DNA of 64,000 nucleotides from the IMG/VR virus record IMGVR_UViG_3300021171_000010, positions 9,552 to 73,551 of that record; one strand, 5' to 3'. The stretch is from a virus. The position numbers and the translations under genes are program-made. Of this stretch, positions 38,334 through 48,342 are shown piece after piece; position 1 is the stretch's first letter, and every line of letters begins with the position of its first letter. The notes beneath the pieces are model-generated. The model searched no databases and was not told the origin of the DNA. It was given only the letters and a program-made list of their open reading frames with translations.

Positions 38334-40546
38334 ACGGGCAATGGAGTGGATGATTGCGGTGGCGTAGTTGAATCCACCGGGACAGTCATTTCCCGGGGAC
38401 GTTGAATAATCCAAGTTCGAGTTTTCAGGGCGCCTTCTTCCGAACGGCATTTAATAATTCCCTCTTTTGACAGGCGTTCCATATAGCGATTGATTGAGCT
38501 GCCGTCAAGCCGGCGGTCCAGCAGCGCGTGCGCCGGGTCGGACATAATCAGCGCGGTTAAATCCCGCACGTTGCCGCGCCATTCAGTGTCTTTGTCGTGC
38601 GTCTCAAAATATCGCTTCAGCGATTCGAGCAAGATTTCCTTGAAAGGATTTGCCGGATTGCCCTGCAGCACTTGGCTCAGCAAAGACGGCTCTTGAAAGC
38701 TAGCGAGCTCATATCTAGCATGCCGGGCAAGCTCATCAGAGATTTCCATTTCAGAAAGCCACTTAAGAAAATGGGGCAATTCCTTCAGCAGAATTTTCTC
38801 CTGCTCACTTCGTGCCGGGAATTGGAAATCAGTGTGCTCCTCTACGCAGCGGAAAATATTGGTCTTGTCCAGCACAGTGTTGTCCAGGGTGCCTAAAATG
38901 CGCAGCGACACAGGGTCAAGGTTGCCCGTGATTCCAATCATGCCGCGCCACTCAGTCATTCCGGAGACTACAAATTTTTCATTGTTGAGATGCTGGTCAT
39001 TCGCCACCATTTTTTTCAGGGCAGCTTGGAAGCGTAGCGCCGAGGCTGAATTCGCCGAAGGGTTATCGTCATCGAGTGCCCAATAGGGGTAGTGGTAAAG
39101 ATGGGAATTGAAGGAGCTTCCTTCAACGAGATAATCCGATGCGTCAACATATCCACCCAAGCTTCTTCCGAAAACCTCGCGGCTAACAAAAGTTTTTCCC
39201 ACACCGGGACCTCCGAGAAAATACGAATAGCAGGAGGGCTGAGGCGCCCAATTAAGCGCTCGCATGTATCCAAAGTGGAACCACGCGAGGGCGTGGTTGA
39301 GCTGTGACCTGGGGTTAAATAACGCATCGAGCAGGGCAGAGATAAACGGAAAATTTCCATGAGGTCCCCAAACTTCTTTTACCGCTCCTGCGGCAGGTTG
39401 CACTGGTTTTTTGTTGTAGATGTTTAGAATTCGCTGACCATTCAAAATCATGACGCCCGGCCGGCGCATTACAACCGGCACCGCGGCGCGCACACGGTTG
39501 TAAGTGTAAATGTGATTCTTGGCGAGCTCGATTTGGCTAACACCGTTATCATCAGACTTTGTGGAGAGCTTGTGATTCACTTTCCAAAGCGTGACTTGCT
39601 CGTGCGGGTCTCGCCCTTCATACTCCTCTGAAATCACCGACTTGGACCAAAAACATTTTTTGTCCCAGTAGATGTCTTCTGTGGCTGATGCTATTGCGTC
39701 TTTGAAATAAGTTTTTGCGAATTCCTCGCCCAGGATGTCCGACCACTTGTTGAAAACCTTGGCAGCGTGCGCGGCGAAGGAAATCATTCCGCCCTCTTTC
39801 AGGATGGCAGACATCGGCGAAGTGCTCTCAGGAATCCAGAAGCTTGGCCCCTGGGAGCCTACTGTGAAATCCGTTGGCCACGAGAAGCCCGGGAATTTCG
39901 CTTTGATTTCCTTTTCGACAACATCCAAGGGAATTGCTTCCTCACCTTTTCCCAGGCCCTTAAAAGCATGTTTTTTTCCAACTCCAACGAAAAACGCCTG
40001 ACAGTCTCTTCGGGGAAGTGCCTGAGCTCCGTCCACCTTTTCCCATTTGCATCCGTTGCAGTATAGACGGGTCGGTGTGATGAAAGCTTGTTCATCAAGG
40101 CCAGGGGCATGATGAAGCTGCAGCCACTTAATGGCCGCTTGGTAGATTGCGGAGCAGAAGCCATAGTCTTGAACGAGAAAAGGAATTTCGATGGGCCAGA
40201 TGAACCGGCGATGAAAGCCCAGGGAGGTTTCGACCCACTGAGGTCTGAAAGGCATTTCCTTGATGATTTCCTGAATGCGCTGGTCAGGGATTTCCACGTC
40301 CAGGTCTGCCACGAAGGCATGAATCTTGTGCGGAGGATTAGACTCTTTACTTACGCGCTGATTGGGATTCAATGCTTCCAGCCCGGAATAAAACTGATGC
40401 TGCGTTGCCGTGTTGCTATACCAAAGTTGGCGCTCTTCCTTATCCTTTCGGATTTGCAGCGTGATTACTTCTGTGGGAACGAAGTCCCAGGGTGCCGGGC
40501 ACTCCTGCATGGAAAGGGTAACGAGATTCTTTGTAGCAAAAAACAT
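38330..40546 (-). CDS. Primase (PrimPol-like) / SF3-type helicase
   Basis: N-terminal 'FVADLD...VETSLGFH'; C-terminal Walker A 'GGPGVGKT', 'SSFN', 'DDD', 'NEKF', 'TGN'. Confidence 0.8.
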   Translation of the reverse strand: MFFATKNLVTLSMQECPAPWDFVPTEVITLQIRKDKEERQLWYSNTATQHQFYSGLEALNPNQRVSKESNPPHKIHAFVADLDVEIPDQRIQEIIKEMPFRPQWVETSLGFHRRFIWPIEIPFLVQDYGFCSAIYQAAIKWLQLHHAPGLDEQAFITPTRLYCNGCKWEKVDGAQALPRRDCQAFFVGVGKKHAFKGLGKGEEAIPLDVVEKEIKAKFPGFSWPTDFTVGSQGPSFWIPESTSPMSAILKEGGMISFAAHAAKVFNKWSDILGEEFAKTYFKDAIASATEDIYWDKKCFWSKSVISEEYEGRDPHEQVTLWKVNHKLSTKSDDNGVSQIELAKNHIYTYNRVRAAVPVVMRRPGVMILNGQRILNIYNKKPVQPAAGAVKEVWGPHGNFPFISALLDALFNPRSQLNHALAWFHFGYMRALNWAPQPSCYSYFLGGPGVGKTFVSREVFGRSLGGYVDASDYLVEGSSFNSHLYHYPYWALDDDNPSANSASALRFQAALKKMVANDQHLNNEKFVVSGMTEWRGMIGITGNLDPVSLRILGTLDNTVLDKTNIFRCVEEHTDFQFPARSEQEKILLKELPHFLKWLSEMEISDELARHARYELASFQEPSLLSQVLQGNPANPFKEILLESLKRYFETHDKDTEWRGNVRDLTALIMSDPAHALLDRRLDGSSINRYMERLSKEGIIKCRSEEGALKTRTWIIQRPREMTVPVDSTTPPQSSTPLPV

Positions 40547-40548
40547 AG

Positions 40549-41031
40549 TCAGGGGAAATTAAGCACCGCGAAGGCACCAAAATATTTACGAGCAGCGGTA
40601 TCATAGCATTCGGCAGCTAATCGTAAATCTCTAAAATATCCCAAGTGCTTCTTTTTACCGTTCACCTGTATTTGCACCACCCAACTTTTATTGCTAATTT
40701 TCCACGAGACGCCCTTACGCCCAGAAGCATTATCGATACGCAAGCGCTGATTTTGATTGTTGTTCGTCCTAGTGGCTACTCTTAAATTATGTTCCCTATT
40801 GTTAAGGCCATCGCCATCCCAATGGTCCCCCTCAATTTTGGGATTTTTAATGCCTAAAATCAGGCGGTGCATTCTTATTTGAAGCTGCTTGCCGTTCGGC
40901 CCCGGAACATTCCGCACTGCATAGAAAGTTTTTCCGTGCTTCTGGGTCCACCACTTCCATTGATTGAGCCAAGAATAGTTCCAATCATCTACAATAGTAG
41001 ATTTACCTTGCGTAAGCGAAATGCGTTTCAT
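40549..41031 (-). CDS. HNH-AP2 homing endonuclease
   Basis: 'LTQGK..IVDD', 'MHRLILG', 'DHWDGDGLNN...NLR', AP2 motif. Confidence 0.9.
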   Translation of the reverse strand: MKRISLTQGKSTIVDDWNYSWLNQWKWWTQKHGKTFYAVRNVPGPNGKQLQIRMHRLILGIKNPKIEGDHWDGDGLNNREHNLRVATRTNNNQNQRLRIDNASGRKGVSWKISNKSWVVQIQVNGKKKHLGYFRDLRLAAECYDTAARKYFGAFAVLNFP

Positions 41032-43004
41032 TTACAATAGTGAGAAACGGCTTTCGCCTCTGCGGCCAAAGGGAAATTGGGCGCCCAGTCAGGTGGCGTA
41101 GACATGTAATTCTCAATGTCTTCAGGTGACACGTCTAAATCAACCTCTAAAATGTTTTCATCGTGAGCTGTCCATAAACTTGTTAGCCCTGCTTTATGCG
41201 TGCGAACTACGGTAGACGCAAAGAAATCTCTAGCCACGGCTTGCACAATGTTCTCTGTCAGCTTACCACCGTAGCTGGGAACGCGCCGACCGCCCACCTC
41301 AGCGGTATATTCCGTTTTCATCCAGGGCTTGCCGTCTTTCTTACTCTTCTCCATGCGGCCCTGCGCGCGCACGTTCTTGTAAATCATTTTCCTGCCATTC
41401 GGCAAGTTCATCACAAAGTCTCCGCCCACTGAGCTCCGAAAATTCTCCTCTAGCTTTTGCCACATTGCTGTGATAGTAGGTGAGGCAGCGCGAAAGTCTC
41501 TGACCAGTTTCCGAGCGAAAGCCCCATAGCCCGGCACCTTAGTGGTAACGTCAGTGAAAGGGTCAACGATTTCTTCGAACTCCGGGTCAGTTTCGGTAAG
41601 GTCCATGCCGGATTCTTTGAGCGCAGTGGCGATGAACTTTTCCCAGCCGGCTTGATACCCGAGTTGCAGCACCTGGATTTTGATGAGCTTATATTCATTG
41701 GTAGACTTGTCCATCTTGCCACCGGTATAACCAAAGTTTGCCCTCGCAAAAGCTTCGTAAACTGACAGGCCGGAACGCACCTCTTCCAGCATTTTTCTAT
41801 TACCAGACAACCACGCCAGCACTCTCGGCTCGATTTGCGCAAGGTCGGAGACAATCATTTTCTTGCCTGGCCGGGGAACGAAAAGCGCCCGGAAGTCCAG
41901 AGCGAATCTAACTTCGTCGGGCCACTTGCCAGTTTTGCTGTGCTCCTTTATATAGCGCGCAACTGCCTTGTCATCCTGCTGCAGCAATCCGGATTGCAAG
42001 CCGAAAGCAGGATATCGGCGCATGTTCTGAAAATTGATTTTGTTATCGCCGCTCCACCGGCCGGTATGGGCGCCCCAATACTTGAGACCGAAAGGTATCG
42101 TGCCATCCGGCCGTAACCGAGACTTCATAGTCAAAAAGCTTTTGTAAAGCTTATTGATAGACCGCCATGCGGTGACAGCGAGAATCCAGGGATGCTGCGG
42201 TGCATAGAGTTTTTCCCAGGCATCATACTCCTCCTCACTCTCAGCCTTAACGGGACAGCAAGGTATGCCAACGCGCCGGCACTGCTCCGCGATGCATTTT
42301 GAGCTAGTGGGCGAGAGTTTAAAATCATCCCAGTCTTCGTCATCTGGGTCTTGCATCCACGGAATCATTTTTTCCGTATTGGCTTTCATCTCGTGCGAAT
42401 CGCAGATGTAGCGGTTCAGCAATTCAACGTCCACCTGTATGCCGCGGAGACCTTGGTCAATCGTAAGATTAGAAAGGATGCGTTCATCTTCACTCCATTT
42501 GTGGGCGTGGTCGGTCCAAATTTTGTGCGGCCAGTATGCATCCCGGCGCGCGTAAGCAAGCATGGCGGTCTGCTGCTCCGGTGTGAAGTCTTGGGGCCAG
42601 CGCTTACCTTCAGCGTCTGCGCGTTCCGCCTTGCTGACCCGAACCCCATAAAGCGCTTCAACCGCGTTATCCAGGGCTCGCTGATTGCAGAGAAAAGAAG
42701 TGAGATTCGCAGTGCAGTGCCATTCCGCCGGCGTGAATTTGGGGATGAACTGCCTGCGCTGCATCTCGGAGATTACGGAGAAATCGAATTTCTTGTTGTG
42801 TGAAAGCAAGACCCGACCCTCAAGAGCGCTCCAGGTCATGTCCCTGGGATGCCCGGCCCAGCAAGTTTCGCCATCCGTCACCGAAACCATATAGCAGTCA
42901 AAGAGCTCATGCCGGCAATACTGCTCGTCAATCAAGCTCTTGATGGAATACTTAAGCTTGGGAGCGTAATACGTTTCCGTATCAATCAGGATGGGCGGCG
43001 GCAT
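41028..43004 (-). CDS. Family A DNA polymerase with 3'-5' exonuclease
   Basis: ExoI 'DTET', ExoII 'HN..FD', ExoIII 'Y...D'; 'GAHTGRWSG'; motif A 'DLAQIEPR'; motif C 'HDE'. Confidence 0.93.
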   Translation of the reverse strand: MPPPILIDTETYYAPKLKYSIKSLIDEQYCRHELFDCYMVSVTDGETCWAGHPRDMTWSALEGRVLLSHNKKFDFSVISEMQRRQFIPKFTPAEWHCTANLTSFLCNQRALDNAVEALYGVRVSKAERADAEGKRWPQDFTPEQQTAMLAYARRDAYWPHKIWTDHAHKWSEDERILSNLTIDQGLRGIQVDVELLNRYICDSHEMKANTEKMIPWMQDPDDEDWDDFKLSPTSSKCIAEQCRRVGIPCCPVKAESEEEYDAWEKLYAPQHPWILAVTAWRSINKLYKSFLTMKSRLRPDGTIPFGLKYWGAHTGRWSGDNKINFQNMRRYPAFGLQSGLLQQDDKAVARYIKEHSKTGKWPDEVRFALDFRALFVPRPGKKMIVSDLAQIEPRVLAWLSGNRKMLEEVRSGLSVYEAFARANFGYTGGKMDKSTNEYKLIKIQVLQLGYQAGWEKFIATALKESGMDLTETDPEFEEIVDPFTDVTTKVPGYGAFARKLVRDFRAASPTITAMWQKLEENFRSSVGGDFVMNLPNGRKMIYKNVRAQGRMEKSKKDGKPWMKTEYTAEVGGRRVPSYGGKLTENIVQAVARDFFASTVVRTHKAGLTSLWTAHDENILEVDLDVSPEDIENYMSTPPDWAPNFPLAAEAKAVSHYCK

Positions 43005-43061
43005 AGAAATTAGAAGCGCCGCCCCGGGTCAGCGGGACGGCGCGTAGGCACCAGGGAACTA

Positions 43062-43412
43062 TTACCGTGTTGCTCGCAGGGTGCAACCCACAGAGGGCTG
43101 TTTTTGGACTTTCGACTGTATGAGCCTTGCGATTGCATCATTGAGCGCAGCCATAACCTTATCAGAAAGCGCGCCCGTCACACAACAAGCATTTTCATCC
43201 AGCGGAAGAGGCTCATGCAGGGGCGTGGGCCACTTGTTTCGAATCTCTCGAATAAAGGCCTCGACGTCTGCGCGCACTTCGTTCTGGAAGTCTTCCCCAA
43301 CCCGGGTGAATTTGCCTGCCCGAAACTTCTGGGAGCACGCCAGGGCGTGATTGTGAATGGCTGATTCATTCAGCAGCCGCAGAGTCGCAAGGTCAACAAA
43401 TTCCGTGCTCAT
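43062..43412 (-). CDS. Hypothetical protein
   Basis: ORF coupled by ATGA to the upstream gene. Confidence 0.55.
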   Translation of the reverse strand: MSTEFVDLATLRLLNESAIHNHALACSQKFRAGKFTRVGEDFQNEVRADVEAFIREIRNKWPTPLHEPLPLDENACCVTGALSDKVMAALNDAIARLIQSKVQKQPSVGCTLRATR

Positions 43413-44062
43413 TCGTCTTCGCCGTCTCCTTCCAATTCTTTCGGGATTTCAAACGCCATGGCCTGTTTGTTGCAAGCACACAGCGGGGCGCCAACTTCTT
43501 CCAGCCATTTTCGAGTGATGCGAACATTGCAACCGCACTCGCCGCATTCCGCCTTGATTAGCCGGGTGGTCTGTTTCTTGTCCAGCCGAAAACCCGGCTG
43601 GAGGGCTGGGTGCGGATAATCTCCAAGCCTCGCCTGAGTCATTAAGCGGAGTTCTTGCATCAGCGATTCGCCGGCGTGCGTAGCGGTCATCTTGCCCTCA
43701 AGTCCGACCGCCAGGGCAGCTTTCTTGAAGACCTTGTTGTGCTTTTCCTTGCAGCCTACTACGGCGTGCACCAACTCATGAACCAGCACTGGCAACACCC
43801 CGGCCTGCGCCTCTGTCACACTGGCCGTAAGGCGAGGGCTGATGAAAATGTGGCAGGCTTTGTCCTCGCTCGCCTTTTCCGGCCAACATTCCCCGATTGG
43901 GTATTTGCGGGTGCCTGTGCCGCCACGGCTAGGCCAGCCGCAGGATACGTGCAGTTTCGCCGGTATTTCATAACCGGCCGTCTTGAAATGCGTCCGAAGC
44001 AAATCGGTCGCAGCGATTAGCCAGCCCTCGCGGGTGGCATGTTTTGGTATGGTTTTACTCAT
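43409..44062 (-). CDS. SprT-like metalloprotease with C-terminal zinc ribbon
   Basis: 'IGECW', 'LVHELVH......H...F', 'CGECG...C.C'. Confidence 0.75.
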   Translation of the reverse strand: MSKTIPKHATREGWLIAATDLLRTHFKTAGYEIPAKLHVSCGWPSRGGTGTRKYPIGECWPEKASEDKACHIFISPRLTASVTEAQAGVLPVLVHELVHAVVGCKEKHNKVFKKAALAVGLEGKMTATHAGESLMQELRLMTQARLGDYPHPALQPGFRLDKKQTTRLIKAECGECGCNVRITRKWLEEVGAPLCACNKQAMAFEIPKELEGDGEDE

Positions 44063-44067
44063 AAAAA

Positions 44068-44253
44068 TCAAGCAGGAGAGCCGTAGGCTTCAATCCTCCA
44101 AACTCCCCGCACGGAAGTCTTTTGCACAATCCGAGACTGTGTAGGCAGCTCCGGGTGTCGAAAAGAGACGTAATCTGCAAACGTCCCGTGCCGAACCCAT
44201 CCCTTTGATTGCAGATATTTTATTGCAGATTTTTTCGAACTGAATATGCTCAT
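44068..44253 (-). CDS. Small hypothetical protein
   Basis: ORF track; in operon orientation. Confidence 0.45.
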   Translation of the reverse strand: MSIFSSKKSAIKYLQSKGWVRHGTFADYVSFRHPELPTQSRIVQKTSVRGVWRIEAYGSPA

Positions 44254-44257
44254 AAAT

Positions 44258-44455
44258 TCAACGAGTGCGGGGCTCTAAAGTAAGCGCGCCATTTTCCAGC
44301 AGGTTCCACAGCTTCAAAAGGGTTTTCTCATCGCCTTTACCAATACGAATTCCGCCATGGAAACCCGCCTTGCGAATTTCTTCGCAAAACTCAATTCCGT
44401 TCCGGGCTAGCACTCCGCCACCTGCGTATCGCATCCAAACATTTGCTTTGTTCAT
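44258..44455 (-). CDS. Small hypothetical protein
   Basis: ATGA-coupled ORF. Confidence 0.45.
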   Translation of the reverse strand: MNKANVWMRYAGGGVLARNGIEFCEEIRKAGFHGGIRIGKGDEKTLLKLWNLLENGALTLEPRTR

Positions 44456-44712
44456 ATAAGGTCCCTCGGAAAGGCGGTATTGCGATTTTCGGCGGGGATT
44501 GGCAAACCAGGACCGGCGTAAGGGCTAGGCTGGTAATATCCAGTGAAATTCTCCACAACCCAACACGGTGCCCAGCCAGCATGCAGAGTCCCATCGTCGC
44601 CGTGCCACATAAAGCCGTAGTGCGGCTCCGGCCCAAATTTGTCCACACAGGACACGACACATTCAAAACGTCCAAAACTGAATTTTTGACCAGCGCTTAA
44701 TTTTGCATTCAT
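44452..44712 (-). CDS. Small hypothetical protein (probable leaderless start MNAK)
   Basis: ATG 6 nt downstream of the CATATT -10 box. Confidence 0.5.
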   Translation of the reverse strand: MNAKLSAGQKFSFGRFECVVSCVDKFGPEPHYGFMWHGDDGTLHAGWAPCWVVENFTGYYQPSPYAGPGLPIPAENRNTAFPRDLI

Positions 44713-44718
44713 GCCAAC

Positions 44719-44756
44719 AATATGGCATACCCGTTTAAACAACGCAAGCGGATTTT
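44719..44756 (-). promoter_or_regulatory. Host-sigma-type early promoter
   Basis: AAAATCCGC-TTGCGT-N17-CATATT; the same arrangement recurs at 49358-49395. Confidence 0.6.
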
Positions 44757-44782
44757 TAACTTTTTAGTTTCACTAATGAAAA

Positions 44783-44809
44783 GGGCAGCTTGGATAATCC
44801 AAGCTGCCC
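44783..44809 (-). terminator. Rho-independent terminator
   Basis: GGGCAGCTTGGA-TAA-TCCAAGCTGCCC perfect stem, followed by TTTT on the - strand. Confidence 0.75.
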
Positions 44810-44854
44810 AGTGCGACGAATGGCTAGCCGTGTGTATGTGGGCCTAGTGGTCGC

Positions 44855-45691
44855 TCAATTTGCAAGAGCCTGCTGGGGCTTCAGCACGGTCTTGGCGAAT
44901 TCCAGAAAGCTCTCTGTGCTCTTCTGGAAAGGCAAGCACACCGGCACCCAAGCTTCCTTGCCGCCGTTGTATTTCTGCAGCTTGGTGGTGGTGGCGTAGT
45001 TGTAGCTGGGATAACCGCCCAGGCGCAGGCAGCCCGTCTGGCGATGGGTGAAGAACACCTTCCGGGCGCCCTCAGTGTAGATAGCGCCTTTCATATTCCA
45101 CCACGCCAGGGCGTATTTGAAACCATCCACATCGAAGGTGAAAATGGTGCCGTCATCCGCCACAACATCCGGGCGGCGAATCAAGGTAAGCGCTGTGGCA
45201 AGGGGCTGGAAATACAGCATTCCAGCAGCCTTCTTGAGCTGCCACTCGGACCAATCGCAAGTTCCGCCGGCCGAAACGACTTCAGCTTCGCTGTTCACAA
45301 TCATTCCACGCGCGGCCGAGCCTTCGATTTTCTGCACGTAGCGGGTATCCTTCCAGCCGAGCACAGTGATGATAACGGGCGGCGAAGCCGGTTGAACTAC
45401 GCCGGTGGCGGGGTCAATCCGCGGAGGATTGAACAGAGGCAGCTTGCCATCGAAAAGCAAGGTGCCGAGAGGAAACCGCCGGCCGAGTTCGCTCATGTTT
45501 TGGACGATAAGTATATGCGGAAGTATAATATCACGAAAGGTCGGGATATAATCCCCGAGAACTGGACCACCAGGAGCCACTGCACGCGTGCCGGCCGCCG
45601 GAGTTGTGGCCACAGCCGTTGTAGCTGGTGTGGTAGGTGGCGCTACTTGTTCGACTGGGACCGCGCCGGGTCCGAATGTTACTTCACTCAT
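44855..45691 (-). CDS. Putative ssDNA-binding or replication accessory protein
   Basis: Lies between the DUF2800-like nuclease and the PolA operon; beta-rich; followed by a terminator. Confidence 0.4.
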   Translation of the reverse strand: MSEVTFGPGAVPVEQVAPPTTPATTAVATTPAAGTRAVAPGGPVLGDYIPTFRDIILPHILIVQNMSELGRRFPLGTLLFDGKLPLFNPPRIDPATGVVQPASPPVIITVLGWKDTRYVQKIEGSAARGMIVNSEAEVVSAGGTCDWSEWQLKKAAGMLYFQPLATALTLIRRPDVVADDGTIFTFDVDGFKYALAWWNMKGAIYTEGARKVFFTHRQTGCLRLGGYPSYNYATTTKLQKYNGGKEAWVPVCLPFQKSTESFLEFAKTVLKPQQALAN

Positions 45692-45711
45692 TTTGTTTTT
45701 ATGTTTTGTGT

Positions 45712-46956
45712 TTATGTGCTGCTTTTCTCCGTCAACTGACGTAGAAAACTGTAGGAGTCTCCTCGCTCAACCGCGCCTGCTTCTTCCAGGGCCTTCTGGA
45801 ATTCTTCCACGGTAGCCTCTTTGTAGCCGCGGGGCGTCTTCTCCAAAATCTTATCTTCAAGGGTGCCGAAGCTCGCTTCAAGGCATGCTTGATATTCTTC
45901 CTCGTTCAAATATTTCAGGGCGACTTCCTTGAACTTCGCAAGGTCTTTAATCTTTCGGCGCCCGCTCGTGGTCTCAATCTTGTAGCCGGGCGGAATCTTC
46001 GCGTCACCTCGAAGCACTCGATTTGTGACCTGCCGTTTAAACGCGCCAGTCCAAACTGCCATAACTTGGGCAAGCTCCATCGCGAGCTTTGTATTCTGCG
46101 GGTCTTGTATCTGCGTTGGCGTAATCGACTCCGGAAACGCTAGAGGATGAAACTTCTTTGCCACGCCCAAGGCAGTAGCGAGATTCGCCGGGCATCTACC
46201 GAGGTGGTCACAGAAAAGACACACCGGAGTGAACTGGCGCGCCAAAGAAAAATCTCCCAGGTGCTTTGCTTCGATTGCTCTTAGGCAGACGGTTTTAACT
46301 CGCCGATACAATTCGGGCGCCTGTTCGCGAGTGAACACAGCGTCTGTGATGTAGTCCAGATGAGGCTGCTTAAACCAAAACCGAACCTTCTGAAGCTTGG
46401 CAAATCGTCTAAACAAACCCAGCGTGTAGGCGATGCCTTGAAGATTATTTTCAGCCGATTCAACCGCCCAGAATCCAAATTTATAGTCCACGAGTTCGGC
46501 GTATAATTCGTCCCAAGAGATGAATCCGTGGTCAATGTATCCGCCCGTTGTGCAATCAGCGTCTTCATATTTGCAATCGTCAATTGGCAAGTAAGTTTCT
46601 TTGAGCTCCTGGATTTGATACTTAGCGGGAACCGGTTGATTAACCGCCCAATCGTCACCCTTCGTATAGGCTTCTTGTGCCTGTTCCTGCATGAAAGCTC
46701 GCCGGGTAGCTACAAAATCCAGGCATTCCGCCACCGCCAAAGCGTCATCATCTCCCAGTTGCGCGTTGTCTTCCTGCGAGTCCACCACCTTGTGCGCCCG
46801 GGTGCCGGCAGTTGAGCGGCGATGCACCAGACCGTCTGTCTTCGAATCGAAATCAGGACAGGCTTCCAAGCACTGCAGCTTGCTAGGTGACCTGGGATGA
46901 TGCGGTCTTTCTTCCAGAATCCCAATGTTTTTGACTTCGAGGCCAGTGACTTTCAT
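45712..46956 (-). CDS. PD-(D/E)XK Cas4-like nuclease (DUF2800-like)
   Basis: 'HH..SPS.L....CP', 'GT.AH', 'GYID', 'VDYKFG', 'N.Q...Y', 'C.FC.....CP'. Confidence 0.8.
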   Translation of the reverse strand: MKVTGLEVKNIGILEERPHHPRSPSKLQCLEACPDFDSKTDGLVHRRSTAGTRAHKVVDSQEDNAQLGDDDALAVAECLDFVATRRAFMQEQAQEAYTKGDDWAVNQPVPAKYQIQELKETYLPIDDCKYEDADCTTGGYIDHGFISWDELYAELVDYKFGFWAVESAENNLQGIAYTLGLFRRFAKLQKVRFWFKQPHLDYITDAVFTREQAPELYRRVKTVCLRAIEAKHLGDFSLARQFTPVCLFCDHLGRCPANLATALGVAKKFHPLAFPESITPTQIQDPQNTKLAMELAQVMAVWTGAFKRQVTNRVLRGDAKIPPGYKIETTSGRRKIKDLAKFKEVALKYLNEEEYQACLEASFGTLEDKILEKTPRGYKEATVEEFQKALEEAGAVERGDSYSFLRQLTEKSST

Positions 46957-47015
46957 AAAATAAGTAAGGCCAGAATATCACTTCCGGCCTTACTCACTCA
47001 ACTAAATTTTTGAGG

Positions 47016-47294
47016 TTACTTCACCTTGCACCACCTACCGCCACAGAAGTGCCAAGCTCCTGGCTTGACGTCCAACAGAGCCGAAGCCCGGGCGGCATTG
47101 CGGATTTCAAGCAGCCGTTGCCGAAGCTTGTAAAGCGCCAGTAGCTTAGTCTGCGTGACATACTGAGGAGAAACTCCAAGCTGCTTTGCGATTTGTGCGT
47201 CAGTCATCCGCTTTTCAGGCGGCACGATGTCATCCAGGGCATCGTTAATTTCCCGGCCAATTTGTAACTTTTCTTTAAGTGTATGAGTTGCCAT
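47016..47294 (-). CDS. Sigma region-4-like HTH protein
   Basis: 'MTDAQIAKQLGVSPQYV.Q....AL.KLR'. Confidence 0.65.
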   Translation of the reverse strand: MATHTLKEKLQIGREINDALDDIVPPEKRMTDAQIAKQLGVSPQYVTQTKLLALYKLRQRLLEIRNAARASALLDVKPGAWHFCGGRWCKVK

Positions 47295-47295
47295 T

Positions 47296-47490
47296 TTAGT
47301 ATTTGGACATCACGCGAGACTTGATGTCCTGAGCGGGTTTTCCAGTAGGACGCCAATTACTGTGCTCGACTGCGTTTAGCAATCGTTTCTGGCGAGCCGC
47401 CTTTGCAGGCGTTGTGGATTTTGCTTTGATACCTCCCGGAGTCCGCACCTGGACCCGGCCTTTTCCAACAGATTTTATACGCACTGGCAT
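47296..47490 (-). CDS. Small basic protein
   Basis: 64 aa, Lys/Arg-rich. Confidence 0.5.
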   Translation of the reverse strand: MPVRIKSVGKGRVQVRTPGGIKAKSTTPAKAARQKRLLNAVEHSNWRPTGKPAQDIKSRVMSKY

Positions 47491-47981
47491 GTTTTAATGG
47501 TGGGAAAATTGAGCCGCGCAAACGAGCCAAAATATCTTGCAGCCAAAGCATCATAAGCTTTAGCTGCCTCGATTTCATCAGTAAACAATCCTCCATAAAT
47601 GTGAAGATAAAAATACCGAAGTTGCACAACCCATCGTTGTTTATCTGTCTTCCACGATACTCCACGAAAACGACTCGTTTTCCCAATTTTCAACTGGCGG
47701 AACGCAGAAGAATTTTGCTGATTAGAACAGGCCCTCAAATTCGAGCGAAGGCAATTTAAGCCATCTCCGTCTTTATGGTCTGTTTTTATTTTCCGGTCGG
47801 TAAGTCCCAAAATTACGCGATGTAAATAGCACTTTGTAAAGGAGCCGTCAGGTTTGACGGCGTGTCCGACCGCATAGGTGCGGCGTCCATATTTACGCGC
47901 CCACCAAGATTGCTGAGATACACGAACAAAGTCTTTTCGACTAACTCGTGCGAATCCTCCACTTGTAAGTAGTAATTTCAC
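47475..47981 (-). CDS. HNH-AP2 homing endonuclease
   Basis: GTG start at 47981; 'LHRVILG', 'DHKDGDGLN...NLR', 'SRFRGVSW', 'AAKAYD'. Confidence 0.85.
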   Translation of the reverse strand: MKLLLTSGGFARVSRKDFVRVSQQSWWARKYGRRTYAVGHAVKPDGSFTKCYLHRVILGLTDRKIKTDHKDGDGLNCLRSNLRACSNQQNSSAFRQLKIGKTSRFRGVSWKTDKQRWVVQLRYFYLHIYGGLFTDEIEAAKAYDALAARYFGSFARLNFPTIKTCQCV

Positions 47982-48230
47982 GCTGCAATTCGCAAACCTA
48001 ATTCTGCGCCGCGGTCTACAAGAGACCGAAGCTGTTGGTTGAGCGGCGCGCAAGACTGCCGCAGCGATTTAATGCTGGCTGCCTTTTTAACGGCGCCCAG
48101 TTCCTCGTCATTCTCGATACGCATTATCTGCACATCGACCGATGCTAACTCTGCTTGAATCTGCTTGACTCGCTTCGGAATTCTCCGAGCTCGATTAGCC
48201 AGCAGGTGTTTTTTGGTATTGTGTTGTCAT
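47978..48230 (-). pseudogene. Small coiled-coil ORF broken by one extra A in an A6 run
   Basis: ATG ACA ACA CAA TAC CAAAAAA CAC CTG...; removing one A gives an ~83-aa ORF that ends in a GTGA overlap with the HNH start. Confidence 0.5.
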
Positions 48231-48342
48231 AAAAATAAACTGATTGAGATTGCGAGCCAGATAAGCCGCCAGAGGCAAGCCCGGTCCCACCTCAGTTGAG
48301 AAAACGATTTGCATGGATGGAGTTGTCTATAAAGGCAAGGAT

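Noticed and set aside
43058-43064. ACTATTA on the + strand
   Set aside because: Antisense to the operon; it is the complement of tandem TAA TAG stop codons
45712-46956. Cas4-like nuclease as evidence of CRISPR
   Set aside because: No array or other cas genes; this nuclease type normally accompanies phage PolA modules
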